This document shows positions 61,792 to 64,000 of a stretch of DNA of 64,000 bases, one piece after another. The stretch comes from Clostridia bacterium (lineage in GTDB: Bacteria; Bacillota; Clostridia; Christensenellales; UBA1242). Both the position numbers and the translations under genes were made by a program. How positions within the stretch are numbered: position 1 is the first letter of the stretch; every line of letters starts with the position of its first letter. Location of the stretch: NCBI GenBank assembly GCA_045598865.1, contig JAZRVA010000058.1:15300-79299 (forward strand), written 5' to 3'. A model generated the notes under the pieces. The model ran no database searches. It was not told where the DNA came from and worked only from the letters and a program-made list of their open reading frames with translations.

Positions 61792-63627
61792 ATGACAGAT
61801 TTACTAAAAATAAAAAACGAATATTACGATTTAGTTTCAAACAGAGTAAGTGGTGGAAAGTATAAACAAATTTTAGTCTGTGGCGGAAGCGGCTGCACCT
61901 CTAACCATAGCAAAGAAATTCTTAAAAGATTTCAAGAGTTGTGTAAAGATATGAAAGATGTTTTCATTGTTTCGCCGGGTTGCTTTGGATTGTGCACAAT
62001 GGGCCCATCAGCCATTGTATTTCCAGAACAGGCATTTTATCACAACCTAACCCCACAAAAGGTCGATCAAATTTTCGAAAAACACATAAAAAATGGCCAG
62101 GTAGATATAGAAAATTGCTATAATGTAAAAGACGGAAAACTAATAGACCTTTACACCATGCCATTTTTCAAAAAGCAAAAAAGGATTGTACTTCATAATT
62201 GTGGCCTAACAGCCCCCGGTAAAATCGAAGAGTATATTGCCAAAGATGGCTATTTTGCCTTGCAAAAAGTTTTAACACAAATGACGCCTCAACAGGTAAT
62301 AGAGGAGGTTAAAGCCAGTGGCCTTCGTGGCCGTGGCGGTGGTGGCTTCCCTACTGGCAGAAAATGGGAACTTGCAAGCCAGTCAAAAGAAGAAATAAAA
62401 TATGTTTGCTGCAATGCCGATGAAGGCGACCCAGGTGCATTTATGGATAGGTCAATTTTAGAAAGCGACCCTCACTGTGTGGTAGAAGCCATGGCAATAG
62501 CAGGCTATGCAATAGGTGCACATCAAGGATATATCTACCTAAGAGCAGAATACCCTTTGGCAATAGAAAGCCTTAACACAGCAATAACCCAGGCAAGAAA
62601 ATTAAATTTGCTTGGCAAAAATATCTTGGGCACCGGCTTTGATTTTAACATAGAACTTCGCTTCGGGGCAGGAGCCTTTGTTTGTGGAGAAGAAACTGCA
62701 CTTATGACGAGTATCGAAGGTTATAGGGGAGAGCCTCATCCAAGACCACCATACCCAGCAGTTAAAGGTCTTTTTCAAAAACCAACCTTACTTAACAATG
62801 TGGAAACGTATGCAAACATTGCTCAAATTATCTTAAAAGGCTCCTCTTGGTTTGCCGGCATAGGCACAGAAAAATCAAAGGGAACAAAAGTTTTTTCTTT
62901 GGGCGGAAAAATAAATAATACCGGCCTTGTGGAAGTTCCAATGGGAATAACTCTGCACGATATGATTTACGAAATTGGTGGCGGAATACCAAACGGCAAA
63001 AAGTTCAAAGCCGTTCAAACTGGTGGCCCATCAGGCGGTTGTTTAACATATAAACATGAAGATGTTTTAATAGATTACGACAACCTAATAGCCAATGGCT
63101 CTATGATGGGTAGCGGTGGCATGGTTGTTATGGATGAAGATACCTGCATGGTAGATATTGCAAAATTCTTCTTAAAATTTATTGTAGACGAATCGTGTGG
63201 CAAATGCACACCTTGCAGAATTGGCAACAAAAGATTGCTAGAAATTTTGGATAGAATTACCAAAGGCAATGCCACAGAGCAAGATTTAGAAAAGCTAAAA
63301 GAACTTTGCCAACAAATAAAGCAAAATTCACTTTGTGGTTTGGGGCAAACATCACCAAACCCAACACTTTCAACACTTGCAAATTTCTATGACGAATACT
63401 TAGAACATATAAAACACAAACATTGCCCAGCAGGCGTTTGTGAAGCACTCAAAAAATTTGAAATAGATAAACAAAAATGCGTGGGTTGCACACTTTGTGC
63501 AAGAAATTGCCCAACAAAAGCAATCTCAGGCGAAGTTAAAAAACCACACGAAATTGACCAAACAAAATGTATAAAATGTGGTTTGTGTTACAAAAATTGC
63601 AGATTTAGTGCAATAAAAAAGGGTTAA
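61792..63627 (+). CDS. hydB: NuoF-like flavoprotein subunit (FMN/NADH-binding, Fe-S) of [FeFe]-hydrogenase
   Basis: GLRGRGGGGFPTGRKW, CNADEGDPGAFMDR and ESCGKCTPCR motifs are present. There is an N-terminal thioredoxin-like 2Fe-2S region and two C-terminal ferredoxin motifs, CVGCTLCARNCP and CIKCGLCYKNC. Confidence 0.88.
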   Translation: MTDLLKIKNEYYDLVSNRVSGGKYKQILVCGGSGCTSNHSKEILKRFQELCKDMKDVFIVSPGCFGLCTMGPSAIVFPEQAFYHNLTPQKVDQIFEKHIKNGQVDIENCYNVKDGKLIDLYTMPFFKKQKRIVLHNCGLTAPGKIEEYIAKDGYFALQKVLTQMTPQQVIEEVKASGLRGRGGGGFPTGRKWELASQSKEEIKYVCCNADEGDPGAFMDRSILESDPHCVVEAMAIAGYAIGAHQGYIYLRAEYPLAIESLNTAITQARKLNLLGKNILGTGFDFNIELRFGAGAFVCGEETALMTSIEGYRGEPHPRPPYPAVKGLFQKPTLLNNVETYANIAQIILKGSSWFAGIGTEKSKGTKVFSLGGKINNTGLVEVPMGITLHDMIYEIGGGIPNGKKFKAVQTGGPSGGCLTYKHEDVLIDYDNLIANGSMMGSGGMVVMDEDTCMVDIAKFFLKFIVDESCGKCTPCRIGNKRLLEILDRITKGNATEQDLEKLKELCQQIKQNSLCGLGQTSPNPTLSTLANFYDEYLEHIKHKHCPAGVCEALKKFEIDKQKCVGCTLCARNCPTKAISGEVKKPHEIDQTKCIKCGLCYKNCRFSAIKKG

Positions 63628-63638
63628 ACGGTAGAATT

Positions 63639-64000
63639 ATGATAAATTTAACGATTGATGGAATAAAGGTTGAAGTAGAAGAAGGTTCAACAATTTTACA
63701 GGCAAGTGTAAAAGCGGGGGTCAAAATTCCAACACTTTGCTTTTTAAAAGAGCTTAACGAAATTGGTGCTTGCCGTATGTGCCTTGTAGAAGTTGAAGGC
63801 ATGCGTGGGCTTGTAACTTCGTGTGTTTATCCAGTAAGTGAAGGCATGATTGTTCACACAAACACAGAAAGGGTAAGACAATCCAGAAAAAACACTTTGG
63901 AACTTTTGCTTTCCGACCACGAACAAAATTGTTTAAGCTGCCCAAGAAGTTTAAATTGTGAATTGCAAAACTTGGCAAAGGAATATGATTGTGATAGCCA
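63639..64000 (+). CDS. hydA: N-terminal part of the [FeFe]-hydrogenase catalytic/NuoG-like subunit (truncated by the window end)
   Basis: Translation MINLTIDGIKVEVEEGSTILQASVKAGVKIPTLCFLKELNEIGACRMCLVEVEG...LSDHEQNCLSCPRSLNCELQ shows the 2Fe-2S ferredoxin-like and His-ligated 4Fe-4S N-terminus typical of HydA/NuoG. It is not in the ORF track because it runs off the window. Confidence 0.75.
   Translation, partial: MINLTIDGIKVEVEEGSTILQASVKAGVKIPTLCFLKELNEIGACRMCLVEVEGMRGLVTSCVYPVSEGMIVHTNTERVRQSRKNTLELLLSDHEQNCLSCPRSLNCELQNLAKEYDCDS

Overview
Hand analysis only; no database searches were run. The window is a low-GC, Firmicutes-like chromosomal segment whose ORFs are intact under the standard genetic code.

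Left edge (1-3.8 kb): two minus-strand tRNAs, a DUF951 mini-gene, lepB, a radC-like JAB gene, degV and hup.

Centre: two tandem giant ORFs of 15,654 nt (5,217 aa) and 27,783 nt (9,260 aa), together about 68% of the window. Both encode proteins with a signal peptide, GGAI-type beta-helix rungs, a recurring ~180-aa jelly-roll-like module (nine copies in total) and a C-terminal membrane anchor. The larger ORF also carries long arrays of Ig-like modules.

Right part: a GLUG-repeat surface protein with its own consensus promoter, then spoVG, murC, rpmE, a SHOCT-tailed membrane protein and an MBG/Ig-like surface protein with a lysine-rich tail. These are followed by a tsaC-like gene, a PEBP/YbhB gene, a HAD hydrolase and the start of a hydC-hydB-hydA [FeFe]-hydrogenase operon.

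The most unusual content is a family of structured hairpin repeats that I could not assign to any known family.
- The ~44-nt ends read AACCCTTTGG-hairpin-CCTTCCCC-loop-GGGGACAC.
- 45-bp and 37-bp tandem units and a conserved internal box are also part of the family.
- By eye, copies occur only at 3.9-5.6 kb and 21.2-22.5 kb, which are the borders of giant gene 1 and the leader of giant gene 2.
- Some copies form TIR-bounded, MITE-like units.
- One copy sits in frame inside giant gene 1, just after its signal peptide.
- Two small nuclease-fold genes (Smr-like and DUF559/Vsr-like) are each bracketed tightly by oppositely oriented repeat ends.

No transposase, integrase, invertase, reverse transcriptase or cas gene is present in the window.
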